Origin: the human T2T-CHM13v2.0 reference genome, Homo sapiens
Strand: one strand, 5' to 3'
Length of the DNA: 64,000 nucleotides
Assembly: GCF_009914755.1 (NCBI RefSeq)
Contig: NC_060927.1
A program made the translations under genes and the position numbers. This document shows, piece after piece, positions 1-15,133 of the stretch (within the stretch, counting starts at the first letter, position 1; each line of letters opens with the position of its first letter). The notes beneath the pieces are model-generated. The model was not told the origin of the DNA. It saw only the letters and a list, made by a program, of their open reading frames with translations, and did no database searches.

Positions 1-79
1 TTAACAAGAATTTAATAACTTGTTTTCTTCTACATGTGCAAATAATAATTACTTTAAAAAATTTATTTCTCCCTTTTAG

Positions 80-151
80 ACTTTTGAAGATTTTAAAAAT
101 GACAAGCAAGCTGTGGAATATCAACAGCGAATTGTGGATATTTTGTTGAAA
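80..151 (+). CDS. VPS8: VPS8 coding exon A (72 nt, phase 0-0): TFEDFKNDKQAVEYQQRIVDILLK
   Basis: ttctcccttttag acceptor; aaa|gtaagt donor; open frame. Confidence 0.95.
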
Positions 152-1099
152 GTAAGTATTCAAAGAATACATGTCTTTATATTGATATTTATATTAAGAT
201 AGTTGAGCTGTTTTATAGCAGGTTATAAAATAATCTTGTTAAGTGGTTTCTTGGAATCATATCGTAAAATTTTATTACGGTGTCTTTGTTCTCAAGAGCT
301 GAATTAAGTACTAATTATTTATTTTAAAAAATTTTTAGTGTATGTTGGCTTTAGACTGGGGACCGGAATAGAGGGCACTACTGTGAGAAAGGCATATGGT
401 GATAATTGCTATGTTAGTATGATTACGTGTAATAATAGAGACTAACTTCAGAGTGCTTTGAGAAAACAATTAATATGGAGAATCTTCCTGTGTCTCATGC
501 CAACTTCACTTTGTTGCTAAGGCAGTGCCGTATTCTATCATGGCACTGAGATGCTGGATGACACTTAAGAATGATTTGAGGCACACAGAAATGATCATCC
601 CAGTATAAATCTAATTAGATTCAGGAGAAAGCTGTCTTGAGATTGATGCTGTTGCTAATGAAGAATGCAGGGAAAGGTTCTTTGCTTTTCCATCTGCATG
701 ACTTCAGGCAGGCCAGTTTCCTCTTGTAGTTGAAAGCTTAGAGTTTTTATTTTTGTTCATTTGGCTGTAAAGTGGAGGTTTCTTTCTTTTAATGTTAAAT
801 TATTTTGGACAAGACACCAGAATTAAAGTGTTTTCTAGTTGTGCATAACATCAATATGCTACATTTATAATAGTTCTGTATGTTTATATACGTTATTTCT
901 TTTGAGCTATCAATTAATATTAATTTAACCTTGTAAGACAGGCAGTGATGATTATGAAAATAGGATTGCTGACCTGTCAGATGATGCCAGTTTGATTGAG
1001 TTGGCTAGTATGGAGAATTTTCACCTAGATTTATTCCCAGTCTTGTCCTCCTTTAATTTGTGACCTTGCCTCTCTTCTACCTAATACTCTTCCATGGCT

Positions 1100-1886
<787 letters not shown>

Positions 1887-2049
1887 ACCCGTCTAAACTG
1901 TTGAACATCCAAGATCCCTCTATATATTCTGGTCCTGACTAGGTCTCTATAACTGGTCCCTTCTGTCATCCATCTCGTCATCCTACCCCACACACCTTGT
2001 ATTAGGACCCTCAACCATATTAAATTATTAGAATTCACTAGACTCTCTG

Positions 2050-2445
2050 TGGTGTGTTCATAGTTTATGTTCTTTGCAAGGGTTTTCTTTCAGCCTGTCA
2101 TGCCTTTTCCTTTCACTGACTGGCAAGTTCCTAATCATTTTCCAAGACTTAACTGAAATACCATCTATGAGAAACTGTTTTGAACGCTCTCCCACACATC
2201 TAGGTTGATTAGTTGCTCCTTGTCTGTGCTCAGGCAACACTTTATGCTTCAGTTAGCACACTGTAGTGTCATGTTTACATATTTTCTTATCTGTCTTATG
2301 TAGACTTGAGCTTCCTGAAGGTAGAGACTGTGAGGATTATTCTAATTATTATTATTATTACTGTTTTGGTCATTGTTTTAGCATGCCTAGAACAGATCCA
2401 GCACAATGCCTGTAACCCAGTAGATGTCAGATAAATGTAAGTTGG
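2050..2445 (+). mobile_element. L2 3' fragment
   Basis: tagacttgagcttcctgaaggtagagactgtg...agcacaatgcctg...tagatgtcagataaatg resembles the L2 3' end. Confidence 0.6.
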
Positions 2446-3229
2446 TTACATTGTAATTTGAGTTTAAAACTATACTAAGTTGGAAGAGTGATCCAAATGA
2501 AGAGAAAGCTCCGTAAGTATTTGACTATTTCTGTTGGTGACTTGCCATTCTTGTATGTTGTCTTGATAGTGTTTATCTTGCGTCAATGAAGAATGAGATT
2601 TTGAGATTATTTTTTTCATTTCTAGTGCTAGAGATGTGCTAATTGGTTAAAGTGTACTTGTGAGGGATCCGGTGAGAGGAGGAGTATAGGCAGTGACCAG
2701 AGAACAGGCCAGTGGATGTTATCATGTGTGCTGAATGGCTGCAGACAGAGAGGAAACATCTATTAATTTGTGACTTTTTACATTGCCCAGAAAATTTGTA
2801 AGCATGGTCTCTGAAATAGGCTAAAGAGAAGAAATGGAAAGGAAATGGCCTTTTGTAGGATAATAACCAATTAGACACTTGCTGAGTTGATGAGGGAATT
2901 CTCATATATATATAAGAATATATATATATGAGATAGAGTTTTTATAACTTGAAATACCCACATATTCTAATAATAAGTTTGCACTTGACAATTGATGATT
3001 ACTGGACTAAAAGCAGAAAGGGCAAAAGAGAGGGATGCAAGAAGTAGGTCAAAAGCTAGGGAATGTTGTATAATGGGAGAAACCTGGTACTTTATCTTTG
3101 AATGGAGGGTGGAAGGAGGGAACTTGGAACTTTTTAATAGATGTGTGAGGGTGCTATACCCTGATTTGTTGTAGAGTTGCCCCCATGAATTCAGCTCGCC
3201 CAAAACAGTACATAGTCTTCCCTCCTACA

Positions 3230-4030
3230 CTTCTGCATTCTCTCTGTTAATGGCATCATTATCCCACCTGCCAATCAGGCTCAAAAAATGTCCTGTTTCA
3301 TTGTTCCTTTAACCACATGTTTCCACACATAGGAATACTTGTCCTGTCCCCCCTGTCTCTGCCTCTTTCCATTTTCATGATCACTGCCTTACTTAAGAGC
3401 CCTTTAGTCTCTCCCTTAGACTCCTGCAGTCACTTGTATCTTGCTCTCCCTGCCTTCTGTTTCTTTCTTCTGTTAATTTTATCCCATGTACTGCTGACAG
3501 GATAATTTTCCTAAGCACAATACTGGTCATGATGAACTCCGCTGGTGGAACACGTTTAGTAGCTCCCCAGTTTTCTGTAGAATACATTCTAGATTCCTTA
3601 GGATGACATTTGAGACCTCATCTTCTCTTTTAATCTATAGTTTCCCTCTTCCTGCATGCTGCTGCATTCTAATAAATATTGTTGTTCCCCTTAACAAATG
3701 TGTTTTTCTGTGTCCATGATTTTGCTCTCACTCTTCTCTTTGCCAGGTTTGCCTTCTCTGTTGACATTTCCCCCTTGTCAGAATTTCTGCACGGGCTTTA
3801 AAACTTAGCTTAAAAGCTATTCTTCTCATTTCTTTTCAAATTCCCTCTCTAACCAGTTGAATTAAAATTTTCCACCGTGCTTCTGTAATCATTTGTGCCC
3901 TTATAATAGCAGTCATTATATTATGCCTTTTATTTAAGATGTTATGTCTTTTCCTTCTTGTTCCTAATTTTCTTAAAGACACTTATAGCATCTTACACAT
4001 AGTGAGTACTTAGGAAATGAGAGCTGAGTT
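3230..4030 (+). mobile_element. L2 fragment (degenerate)
   Basis: pyrimidine-rich L2-like sequence ending cacatagtgagtacttaggaaatg. Confidence 0.5.
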
Positions 4031-4249
4031 AAAGCCAGAGGAATGACTATGATTTGATAACTGTGTGTGTTGTTAAAAGCCTGTTATACAAAACCATGTC
4101 TTCAAGGAACTGCTTAATAGAAAGCGGAAGCCGTTCACTTCATTGGTCTGTGTGATAGCTGACTTCTCTGGGCTACCTTGACTCTCAGTTATCTTACTCT
4201 CAAACCTCAAAGCAGCTCTCTTCTTCCCTTGTTGATGGACAGATTTTTA

Positions 4250-4510
<261 letters not shown>

Positions 4511-4818
4511 TTACTGAGGGAAACGTGATTAATATTTCTTTGAAATACTACACTTTACATCTCTACCTCTTTATCAATTCAGGTCTCATCCGAATTGTGA
4601 TAGAAATAGGCCAAAAATCACTAAAATGTTTTCCTCTCAGAGTATGCAAGTGGTTGTGCTTATTCTAAATGGCGTTGAATTCAATTGTTGCACAGTCAAT
4701 AAAAGAATCTTTTTACGCGTCTTCAGTCATGAGGCTATCCCGTCTTCTAATTGTATTTTTTTTTTTTTTGCATCAAACCAAATGGTGTATTGAATAAATG
4801 GTCTCCTTTGCTCTTCAG

Positions 4819-4938
4819 GTTATGGTGGAGAATTCAGACTTTACCCCCTCACAAGTAGGATGTCTCTTTACCTTCCTTGCTCGGCAGCTTGCAAAGCCTG
4901 ACAACACCTTGTTTGTAAACAGAACACTTTTTGATCAG
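4819..4938 (+). CDS. VPS8: VPS8 coding exon B (120 nt, phase 0-0): VMVENSDFTPSQVGCLFTFLARQLAKPDNTLFVNRTLFDQ
   Basis: ctcctttgctcttcag acceptor; cag|gtaagt donor; frame continues from exon A. Confidence 0.96.
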
Positions 4939-5392
4939 GTAAGTGTCTAGCAGTGAAAACTAAAAGGTTTTTTCCTGTTTACTGCGCACAGTTCCCTGGA
5001 TTACACTGTTTCCTGATGTGACAGACTATTGGGTAAATACCTTATCAAGGAGAGGCCTGTTCAGGTTTTGGATCTAAGTTAGGGGGGTATGTGTATATGG
5101 GTGTATGGGTATGTTTTGTGGAGATTGGTTTACAGAGATTGTGTTCTCTCAATTATTCTGTTGCTCTGAATTGCCTAGAATTCGTTGCTCAAGAGTTTCC
5201 CAATTTAAGAATCTCCCCCATCTCACTGGTAGTAAGACTATTATGACCATCACCTGGAGAAAAGATTACTTTTGTACAATCTCAGTTTACTTACAAATGA
5301 CTTTCAAGGTTTCTTGTAATCCCGCTTAAATAGCTATTTTTCCACAGGTGGCAAAGAAAATACTTTTTGTCTGGAGAAAGTAACTAAAAATG

Positions 5393-5645
5393 ACTAACAT
5401 TTTCTGAGTCTTCACAATGGCAGACATTGTTCCAAAGCTTTGTGTGTATGTTACCTTAGTCCTCTCAACAGCTCTAAAATAGGGACAGTTATCCTCCTTT
5501 TATAGATGAGGAAACTGAAGCCTGGAGAGATTAAGTAATTCATGTTAGGTCATACTTAGTGTGTTATTATTAGCAGTAAATATTAAGTCTTAATAGAGTT
5601 AGTATCCAAATTCAAGTGGCCTGACTCCTAAGCCCATGCTTTGCT
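5393..5645 (-). mobile_element. MIR
   Basis: core ttttatagatgaggaaactgaagcctggagagattaagtaa. Confidence 0.8.
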
Positions 5646-5714
5646 AGGTCCATGGTATCGTATCAGGAAACTTAAAGTTAAGGTATATTGACAACACTGC
5701 CTTATAGTTATGTT

Positions 5715-6031
5715 TCTTTTCTCTCTCTATTTTTTTTTTTTTTTTTTTGAGACAGAGTCTGGCTCTGTCGCCTAGGCTGGAGTGCAGCAGCACGATCTTG
5801 GCTCACTGCAACCTTGGCCTCCTGGGTTCAAGTGATTGTCCTGCCTCAGCCTCCTAAGTAGCTGGGATTACAGGCACATACCACCACGCCCGGCTAATTT
5901 CTTGTATTTTTTGTAGAGATGGGGTTTCACCATGCTGGCCAGGCTGGTCTTGAACTCCTGACCTCAAGTGATCCGCCCTCCTCGGCCTCCCAAAGTGCTG
6001 GGATTACAGGTGTGAGCCACTGCGCCTAGCC
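5715..6031 (-). mobile_element. Alu (AluSx/Sz-like)
   Basis: full-length antisense Alu; flanking repeat ctta(t/g)agttatgtt at 5701 and 6033. Confidence 0.95.
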
Positions 6032-6050
6032 TCTTAGAGTTATGTTGCCA

Positions 6051-6362
<312 letters not shown>

Positions 6363-6550
6363 TTAGCACACCTGCACCTGATGTTACATGTACTAGGTTA
6401 ATCAGTTGGGAAGGTAGCCTACACCTGTGGTATTTGTTATGTCTGGGTGTGAATGAGTTGGTTATTTGAAAGGGTAGTTATTATTTTTATTATGAGAGTA
6501 TTAATGTCTAGATGCTGATATCAAATAAAAAATACTTTTTCTTCGGCCAG

Positions 6551-6607
6551 GTCCTTGAATTCCTTTGTAGTCCTGACGATGACTCCCGACACTCTGAAAG
6601 ACAGCAG
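6551..6607 (+). CDS. VPS8: VPS8 coding exon C (57 nt, phase 0-0): VLEFLCSPDDDSRHSERQQ
   Basis: tttttcttcggccag acceptor; cag|gtatga donor. Confidence 0.95.
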
Positions 6608-7524
6608 GTATGAACTACTAGAACTCTTTTTGCTAAAAAATAGGAAAGAAGAGTAAGCCAGAAAGAATTCTTCTGTGCTAGACCTCACTACACATGAGGG
6701 GCAATTACTTGTGCCAAACCCTAATACGAAGTTAGAGTCAGTGGGAACCAGAAAATAGAGTGGATGATTGTTAGAGGTACATGTGTAAGAAGCTTATATC
6801 AAACTAAATTCCTAGGTAGACTGGATCTGTCTTGTATCTACCGTGACATCAAAGAAACTTCCCCTATTATATAGCAACAGCTAGGACTTCTTGTACCCTG
6901 CATTCCATTGGCATCATTAATCTGGTAACTACTGCTAGCTGCTGTGGTCCTGAAACAAAAAAGCTGCAGGGTCCTGAGTATTGACATACCTAATTTTTGA
7001 GAGTGCCCTAAAACCCCACTGCATTAGGGCTGACCATTCTGGAGACTAGAATCCACCTGTCCCTCCGCTAATTATCATGAGATAGTAACTGTTTGAGTAC
7101 CACTTCTTTCTGTTCATGCCACTTTCTTGAGGTTGCCTTGAGGAGTAGGATTCTTTAAAAAGCATACCCACCATAATTGTGGGCACTAAGAGAGTCAACC
7201 CATTTTGTATTGATAGCCAGATTTTGTCAGGTAAGTAAACTACTAAAATTAAGTACCATGAGAGCTGTGCTGAAGTATGGCTTTATGGCACTGTGGTAAT
7301 CATACGCAGCTGGGAAGTTGAGACTATCGGATAGCAACAGTGACCCCTTTATCCGCACAGCTATGGCCCAGTGACTGCTGCAGAGTATCCTAGGTAAAAG
7401 AACAGCTGGTAAAATTTTGGTTATCTCTTAAATTATATTGAATACAAATAGTATATGGGCCCCCTCATTTCAGCTGCTTAGTGTTGTAAAAATTAATTCT
7501 ATGAGCTCCAATATTTTTGTTTGC

Positions 7525-7982
7525 TTTTTATTGTGGTAAAATAGACGTAACACATAATTTACCATTTTAACCATTTTTAAGTGTATACATCAGTGGTATT
7601 CACATTGTACAATCCTCATCACCATCCATCCCCAGAACTCTTTTATCTTCCCAAACTGAACTACCATACCAATTAAATCATAACTCCCACTCCCTGTTTT
7701 CTCCTCCCCAGCCCTTAGTAACTACCAGTCTCTATGAATTTTACTACCTTAGGTCCCTCACGTAAGTGCAGTCACAATACTCGTTCTTTTGTATTTAGCT
7801 TATTTCACTTGGCAGAATGTGTTCAAGGTTCATCCATGCCGCAGCATGCATGTATCAGGTTTTCTTCCTACTGAACAGTATTCCGTTGTATGCATATACT
7901 ACATTTTGTTTATTCATTCATCCACTGAGGGCCATTTGGATTGTTTCCACCCTTTGGCTATTTTGAATAGTGCTGCTATGAA
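7525..7982 (-). mobile_element. L1MB-like 3' end fragment
   Basis: ttgtggtaaaata...aatttaccattttaaccatttttaagtgtatac...gctattttgaatagtgctgctatga. Confidence 0.8.
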
Positions 7983-8407
7983 AAGCCCCAATACTTAATT
8001 TTTAAAAAATTAACATGTAAACATGGATACCAGCTGTGGATAGACAGATTGTAAAGAACCGTAAGACATAAAAGTGAGATAAAAATTCACTTCTTGAAAG
8101 ATATATATGGACATTTTAGCTTAGCAGAGAGTCAGCTCAATGTCTAATAGGGCTTTATTTGTAAACACTGTGGCGTTCTTTCCATGTTTGGAAAGCGGAG
8201 CCATTTATCTTTTTATAGGGCTTAAATGCAGTATGATCAAGTTTATAATGTCAGTCTAACCCCTTCCATATGTGACAGCAAGCCAAAATATCATCAACTA
8301 AGAATACAAAAGAAAAAAATTAAATGTTATAGTCTGCATGGCTGAATGCACTCTTAAAGAGCTAGTAAATTCTCAAGTGTTTTTACTCATTTATTGTAAA
8401 TACTCAG

Positions 8408-8490
8408 GTCCTTTTAGAATTGCTGCAGGCTGGAGGCATAGTTCAATTTGAAGAGAGTCGACTCATCCGGATGGCAGAAAAAGCTGAGTT
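8408..8490 (+). CDS. VPS8: VPS8 coding exon D (83 nt, phase 0-2): VLLELLQAGGIVQFEESRLIRMAEKAE(F)
   Basis: tactcag acceptor; gtt|gtaagt donor; phase matches exon E. Confidence 0.95.
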
Positions 8491-9112
8491 GTAAGTTGTT
8501 TTGAGGCTGTATATTAGTTTGCCATAGAAATATTAAATTATATTTCTTTAACTTAAAGCTCAGTTTATTGATACATTGCTGCTTTTTTAATTAGGAAAGA
8601 TTATACAAATAACAAAAAGCTAAGGGTGAAAATTTTTCCCTTTTAATTGAATTCTAGAAATTAGTAAAATTTGCAGAAATTGATAGGGCAGATATGAAAC
8701 TTTTATATAATTGTTTAAACATAAAGTGAAATAGTCTTATGATGTTTTATTATTTTAGATTTTTTCTTTAATATTTCCATGTTTCATAAATTGTTGATGG
8801 TTATCTTAGATATATTAGAGACAATGCAGTATTTGACGTAGTAAATAAGATGATATGATCACATTGCTACTTACCTAGTATGCTGTATTTATATGACATG
8901 TAATTCTGAACAGAGGAACTTTATGTAAAATTTTTGTAAATTATCAATTAATATCTAACATATTCACTATTTCTTATGTGATACACTATTGTTTTAGTAT
9001 TTCCTTTGTATTCAGCATTGAAATTTTTTATAAACATAATATTTAGCAGCCTCTTGAACCTATAGTTAAAGGTTAACGGCAAATACTCATCTCCCTTAGT
9101 TATTCACTGTAA

Positions 9113-9446
<334 letters not shown>

Positions 9447-9536
9447 CACTTTTCCTAATACTAACCTGTGTGCCAGAGCAAATGTCTCAAAAACCTCCCT
9501 GTTTGGTACACTGAAGTTTTTCCCTTTACATTCTAG

Positions 9537-9621
9537 CTATCAAATTTGTGAATTTATGTATGAAAGAGAACACCAATATGACAAAATTATTGATTGCTAC
9601 TTACGTGACCCTCTGCGAGAG
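9537..9621 (+). CDS. VPS8: VPS8 coding exon E (85 nt, phase 2-0): (F)YQICEFMYEREHQYDKIIDCYLRDPLRE
   Basis: tccctttacattctag acceptor; gag|gtgagt donor; peptide visible inside ORF 9298..9693. Confidence 0.96.
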
Positions 9622-9679
9622 GTGAGTCAAGATACTGCTTTACTCTTTTTTCTTACTCAACTTTCCCTCTTATTGAGTA

Positions 9680-10110
9680 CAAATAACTGTTGAGTAGAAA
9701 TATTTGCGCATGTGTATGAGCCAAATACACATTGATAATTAAAACAGATACAGTTCTTGCAGTTTTGGAATGTATAATTTAGTGATGGAAACTGACAGTA
9801 AACAAAGTCAAATATGATTACAAATTGGGATAAATGCTAGGGAAGAGAAACCGAGTGCTACTTTAGAGGATGATGGGGAACTGACTTACACAGAGTAGCC
9901 AGGGAAGGAATTTCAGAGAAAGTGACATATAAACTGAGTTTTGGAATTTGAGAAGCCAGTGAAGGAAAGAGCCAAGAAGAGTGTTCCAGGATGGGTAACT
10001 GTATATGCAAGAGACCTGAGGTGGGGAAAATTGACATGTTCAAGGAGCTGAGTAGAGATCATATAGATGAAGTGAAAATCAGTATAGGTGGAGCATAATA
10101 GACAAGGGCA
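9680..10110 (-). mobile_element. L2 fragment
   Basis: caaataactgttgag...tagccagggaaggaatttcagagaaagtgacat...gcaagagacctgaggtgggg. Confidence 0.65.
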
Positions 10111-10426
10111 GGAGTGGTTTCTGCTGAAATTGGGAATGTGGACAATGGGATCCCCAAAAGCCAAAGTGTGATACTCCTTCATTAGGTCACTGAAGATTAA
10201 TAAATTCAAACCAAAATTAATTAGAACTGATTTTTTGCTTCTAAGAGTCTACCCTAAATTTTAAACAATTACTCTTTATTTTTAGGGACAGAGTTTTCCA
10301 TCAGTTAACTATCTCCAGATAATTTTTCATCTTCAGATAATAGATGTTTACCAAGACTGGTTCAGTTGGTAGGGACTAAATCTTGAGTGAGTGAATGAAT
10401 AAATTATATTGTCTTGTGCTCTTCAG

Positions 10427-10525
10427 GAAGAAGTCTTTAATTACATTCACAATATCTTATCCATTCCCGGACACAGTGCAGAGGAGAAGCAGTCTGTATG
10501 GCAGAAAGCAATGGATCATATTGAG
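10427..10525 (+). CDS. VPS8: VPS8 coding exon F (99 nt, phase 0-0): EEVFNYIHNILSIPGHSAEEKQSVWQKAMDHIE
   Basis: gtcttgtgctcttcag acceptor; gag|gtactg donor. Confidence 0.95.
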
Positions 10526-12919
10526 GTACTGATGCGCAAAACTTCACACTTCACCATCTGAACGATCATCTAACCCAAGTTAACTTTATGCCAACGAAGC
10601 AATGGCATGTATCATATTAAGTTGATTTAATTTAGGGTTGAAATCTTTTTCGTGTAATTATTCTACCTCATATTTGTATTCATAAAGTCTGTGTCACATG
10701 CAATCTATTACATCATGACTTCTGAAACTAGCCCATGTTCAATCAGCCAGTGACAAACTATTATTAATGCATTTTTACAAAGTTCATAGAATGATTCTGA
10801 GAGTACTGCTTGTCCTTTTTTCCTAATATGTGATGAGTGCCATTCCCTCCAATCATCTAATGGACTTTTAGAAAAATTACTGCAATGAGTTTTCTCTCTG
10901 ATGTGTTTCTCTTCCTTATATAACAGGATGATGATTCTGACCTAGCTGTGGTCAGCTAATTCACTGATTTTGTTGATGCCTGCTATTTTACAGAGGATGC
11001 AAGTATTCACTTCTATTGAAACAAAAAGTTCCTATTAAGAAACAATGCTTCTAGATATACAAATAGACTACTTGCGTGATGAGGGCTGTGATCACAATGT
11101 GTTCTGAAATGGGACCCAAAAATCACTTCTTACTTTAGTTTCCTTATGTTCATAACATACTCCTTACCCCAGAATCCAACAGAACTAGCAGTTTCGTTGA
11201 AATCTCTTATTTTTATGTTTTATGTTATTTTATCTATTCTGTTTATTTCTGATGATTGAAAAAAAGTAGTAAGAAAAGAGGTAATCCTCTTTTGGAAATA
11301 ACATTTAAACTGAGGTAATCCTACTTTTGGAAATAACATTTATATCTACAGAGTTGCTCTCATTCTTCTTATAGCAAGAGTCAGGTGGTGGATTTGGAGA
11401 TGTAGTAAAGATACGATTATTCAACATGTTTGAACATTTTTTATAGATATGAAAAACTATAAGAAAGGATATGATGTGGATACTTTGTTTTAGTTCCCGA
11501 AGGTTGTAAAGTTTAGAAAGATCAGAGGTGTGAACAACATCTTCTTGTGAAATAACTGGCACGAAAGGTAGTATAGCCAGTCATGAGATATGTGGTCTGA
11601 AGTAATTTCCACACTGCTGTATATAGGATTGAGAACATGGAATATGTTATTTAGTGTTGTTATATTTCTGCTAACAACAAGATGAATATATCTTGGTAAA
11701 ATAACCCAACAAGTCATTCTCTGATTTTGTGTTTTATATTTTTTCCCTTTAATCATTTAGTATTCTTTTTCATCCTCCTCTTTAAGTCTCCATGGTTATA
11801 TTATGATTCAGTTCTCATTTCACCTCATCTGCATTATACAGTGGTTTGAGCACATGGATTCCAGACATCAAAAATGAAGCCACATCTCTGCATTATGTGA
11901 AATGTGATAAATTAATCAATGAGCAAACATTGCTCAGCAAAAAACTCAAGCTAGGGGAGCAAGAAGTATTTTTGCTACACAATAATTACTTTTGCTGACT
12001 AGTTTTTCCCACATCTGCATATTTTTTCACCTTGAACTTTTTAATCTCTTAAGGCCACAATGACAGGTGTATAAGCTTTTGTTGAAGGACTTCTGTGTCT
12101 TCAGTAATGTAAATATAATCAACATTAAATACATAGGACAAAAAGGCATCATAATGAAGTTTTCTGACAAGATACACTTAGTTTATAGCTTAGTGGTTCT
12201 TAACACTTTTTTTGAGACTCTAATGAAAGATTGATGCCTCGTAATATTGCACATGTACATAGATACATGATTCTGTTTAAAGTTTCAGGGATATACAGAT
12301 CCCTGAAAGTCTTTCTTAGATGACCAATCTCTGGTTCAGATGGTTTTTTGAATATGAAAGATTTCATTAGATTGTGTTGACATGTTATATTTTGAAATTT
12401 ATAAAGCATTCAAAAAAGTACATAAAACAAATGTATAGCTTAATTAAAAATGGAAAAGCAAACATCCTAGGTCCTCAACAAGAAATATGATATTTCCATA
12501 CCTCCGACTTTTCCCACATATTCTTTTCTGATCACAGTTCTTTCTTCCCCCTTCCCCCACACAGCCATTATCCTGGTTTTTGTGACAGTTTCTTACCTTT
12601 TTGTATACTGTTACTGCATGTGCATGCATCCCTAAATATATGTTTTTGTTTTGCCTATTCTTGAACTTTGTGAAAATGAAATCATACTTTATTTTCTTAT
12701 TTTTGCCCAGTATTTTGTTTGAGAAGATTTTACCTTTTGTTTTACATAGCTGCAGTTGATTTTTATTGTATAGTATTACATTTTATAAGTATATCACAGT
12801 TTATCCATTCTACTGCTGCTAGGCATTTCAGTTGTTTCTAGTTTTAACTATTAAGAACAGTCTGTTCACAATCATCCGTATATGTGCATCTTGAGCATAG
12901 CCACATACATTTCTCTAAG

Positions 12920-13090
12920 GCAGTGATTCTCAGTTTCATCCCCAAACCAACATCACAGCATCAGCTGAGAATTTGATAGAAATGCAAAGTTTGGACCTCC
13001 ACCTCAGACCTCCTGAATCAGAAACTCTGGGGGTGAGGCCCAGCAATCCCCTACATTATTCTGATGTATGCTAACTCATAATCTCTGCTC
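12920..13090. mobile_element. MER5A (hAT-Charlie MITE)
   Basis: cagtgattctca...tagaaatgcaaa...cctgaatcagaaactctgggggtgaggcccagcaatc. Confidence 0.8.
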
Positions 13091-14114
13091 TAGTGTATAT
13101 AATTCCTAGTTAGTTGAGATTAATATTTTAAATTTCACTGGATGCCAGCACTGTATGAGAGTTCCTATGGACTCTATATCCTTGGCAGACTTTAAATCTT
13201 TCCCAATCTAGTGGATGTGTAATGATACCTAATTATGTTTTACATTTACCTTTCCTTAATTACTAATAAGACTGACAGCCTTTTCATATGTTTATTGGGC
13301 ATTTAAATTTTCTCTTTTGTGAAGTGCCTGCTGAAGTTTTTTGCCCACTTTTCTGTTTGAAATGTCTCATACTTACTGTTTTGGAAGATTTCTTTATGTA
13401 TTGTGGATGTTAGTCTTTTATCAGCAATATATATTGCAAATATCTTCTCCCATCTCCCATTCTGTGGCTTTTCCTTTCGATCTTTGTGTGTGTGTGTGTG
13501 TGTGTTTTTAAGTGGTCAAAATAATCATTTCCCCCCCTCTTTATGTCCTGCTTGCTTTCTTATTTCTTTTTAATCTTTGGCTCTGAGTTCCACCTGAAAG
13601 TAATTTTTGTGCATAGTATGAGATGGAAGTCGAGTTAAGTTTTTAGAATACAGATGCCCAATTTTCCCAGCAGCAATTATTTTTAAAGGTTGCTTTTTCC
13701 TGTTGCTCAGCAATGCTACCTTTGTGATGAGTATATCAAGGATCTATATGTGTAGTCTGTTTCTCTGGGCCTTCTGTTCCATTGGTCTGTTTGTCCATCT
13801 CTGCATCAGTACCACACTATATTTAATATTGTTGCTGTATAATGAGTCTTGATATCTTTAACAGAATCTTGGCTATTATTGACTTTTGATACTTCCAAAT
13901 ACATTTTAGAATCAACTTATCAAGTTCCACCAAAATTTTTTTAACTTCGTGATTATGACAGGCATTGCACTGAATCTATCAATAATTTTGAAGATAATTT
14001 GCAATCTTTACAATATTGAGTCTTCATATCTATGACTGTATGGTATAATCCTTTATTTAATATCTTCCTATAAAGTTTTATAGTGCTCTCTGTGGGGAAT
14101 TTCCATCCTTTGTT

Positions 14115-14427
14115 TTTGTTTTGTTTTGTTTTGTTTTTTTTGAGACAGAGTCTCACTCACTGTGTCGCCCAGGCTGGAGTATAGTGGCACCATCTAGGTT
14201 CACTGCAACCTCAGCTTCCTGGGTTCAAATGATTCTCCCTCCTCATCCTCCCTAAGTAGCTGGGATTACAGATATGGCCACCACGCACAGCTTATTTTTA
14301 TATTTTTAGTAGAGACAGGGTTTTGCCATGTTGGCCAGGCTAGTCTCAAACTCCTGACCTCAAATGATTCACCTACCTTGGCCTCCCAAAGTGCTAGGAT
14401 TACAAGCATGAGCCACCACGCCCAGCC
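14115..14427 (-). mobile_element. Alu (AluS-like)
   Basis: (TTTTG)n tail; 12-bp TSD ccatcctttgtt at 14103 and 14428. Confidence 0.95.
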
Positions 14428-15002
14428 CCATCCTTTGTTATACTTACTGTCACAACTTCATATTTTTAATGCTGTTGTTAATGGCATTTTTAAAAATTTC
14501 ATTTCCAACATAAGTATGTTTACTGTAAGGATTTTTATGGAAGTTTTCTTCTATTTCTACTATGCCAAGAGTTTCCTCATGAATGGATTTTGAATTTTAT
14601 CATGTTTTCTTCCTTATTCTGTTTTTGTGTTAAATTTTATTGGTATTAAACCAACCTTGATTTTTGCAGATAAGTGCAGCTTGATCCTGATATATTATTT
14701 TTATACATTGCTGAATTTCATTTTTATTTAGGATGTTTATATCAATATTTGTGATTCAGATTGATCTGTAATTTTGTCCTATTGGGTTTAAGGTGTCAAA
14801 ATGTTACTAGCCTCTTACAATGAGCTGAAGAATTTTTCTTTTTTCTATTCTCTGTTGTAAGAGGTTTAGTTAAGGCTGGAATTATTTCTTCCTTAAATGG
14901 TTGCTAGAACTTACCAGTGAGGCTATTTGACCCTACAGTTTTTCATATGGAAAGTTTTTAAACTACTCACTCAGTTATTTTAATGGTTAAAAATCAAATC
15001 AG

Positions 15003-15133
<131 letters not shown>

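Noticed and set aside
6548-8413. Exons C and D both start cagGTCCTT (VLEFL / VLLELL), suggesting exon duplication
   Set aside because: Similarity is limited to about 9 nt and generic helical residues; exon lengths and phases differ
10825-10975. Box C/D snoRNA-like motifs (GTGATGA ~10830 with CTGA ~10898; ATGATGA 10928 with CTGA ~10964 around a ctgacc/ggtcag hairpin)
   Set aside because: The first pair has only a very weak terminal stem and no evident C'/D' boxes; the second is only ~40 nt long. I recognise no rRNA or snRNA guide sequence. An Rfam/snoscan search would settle it
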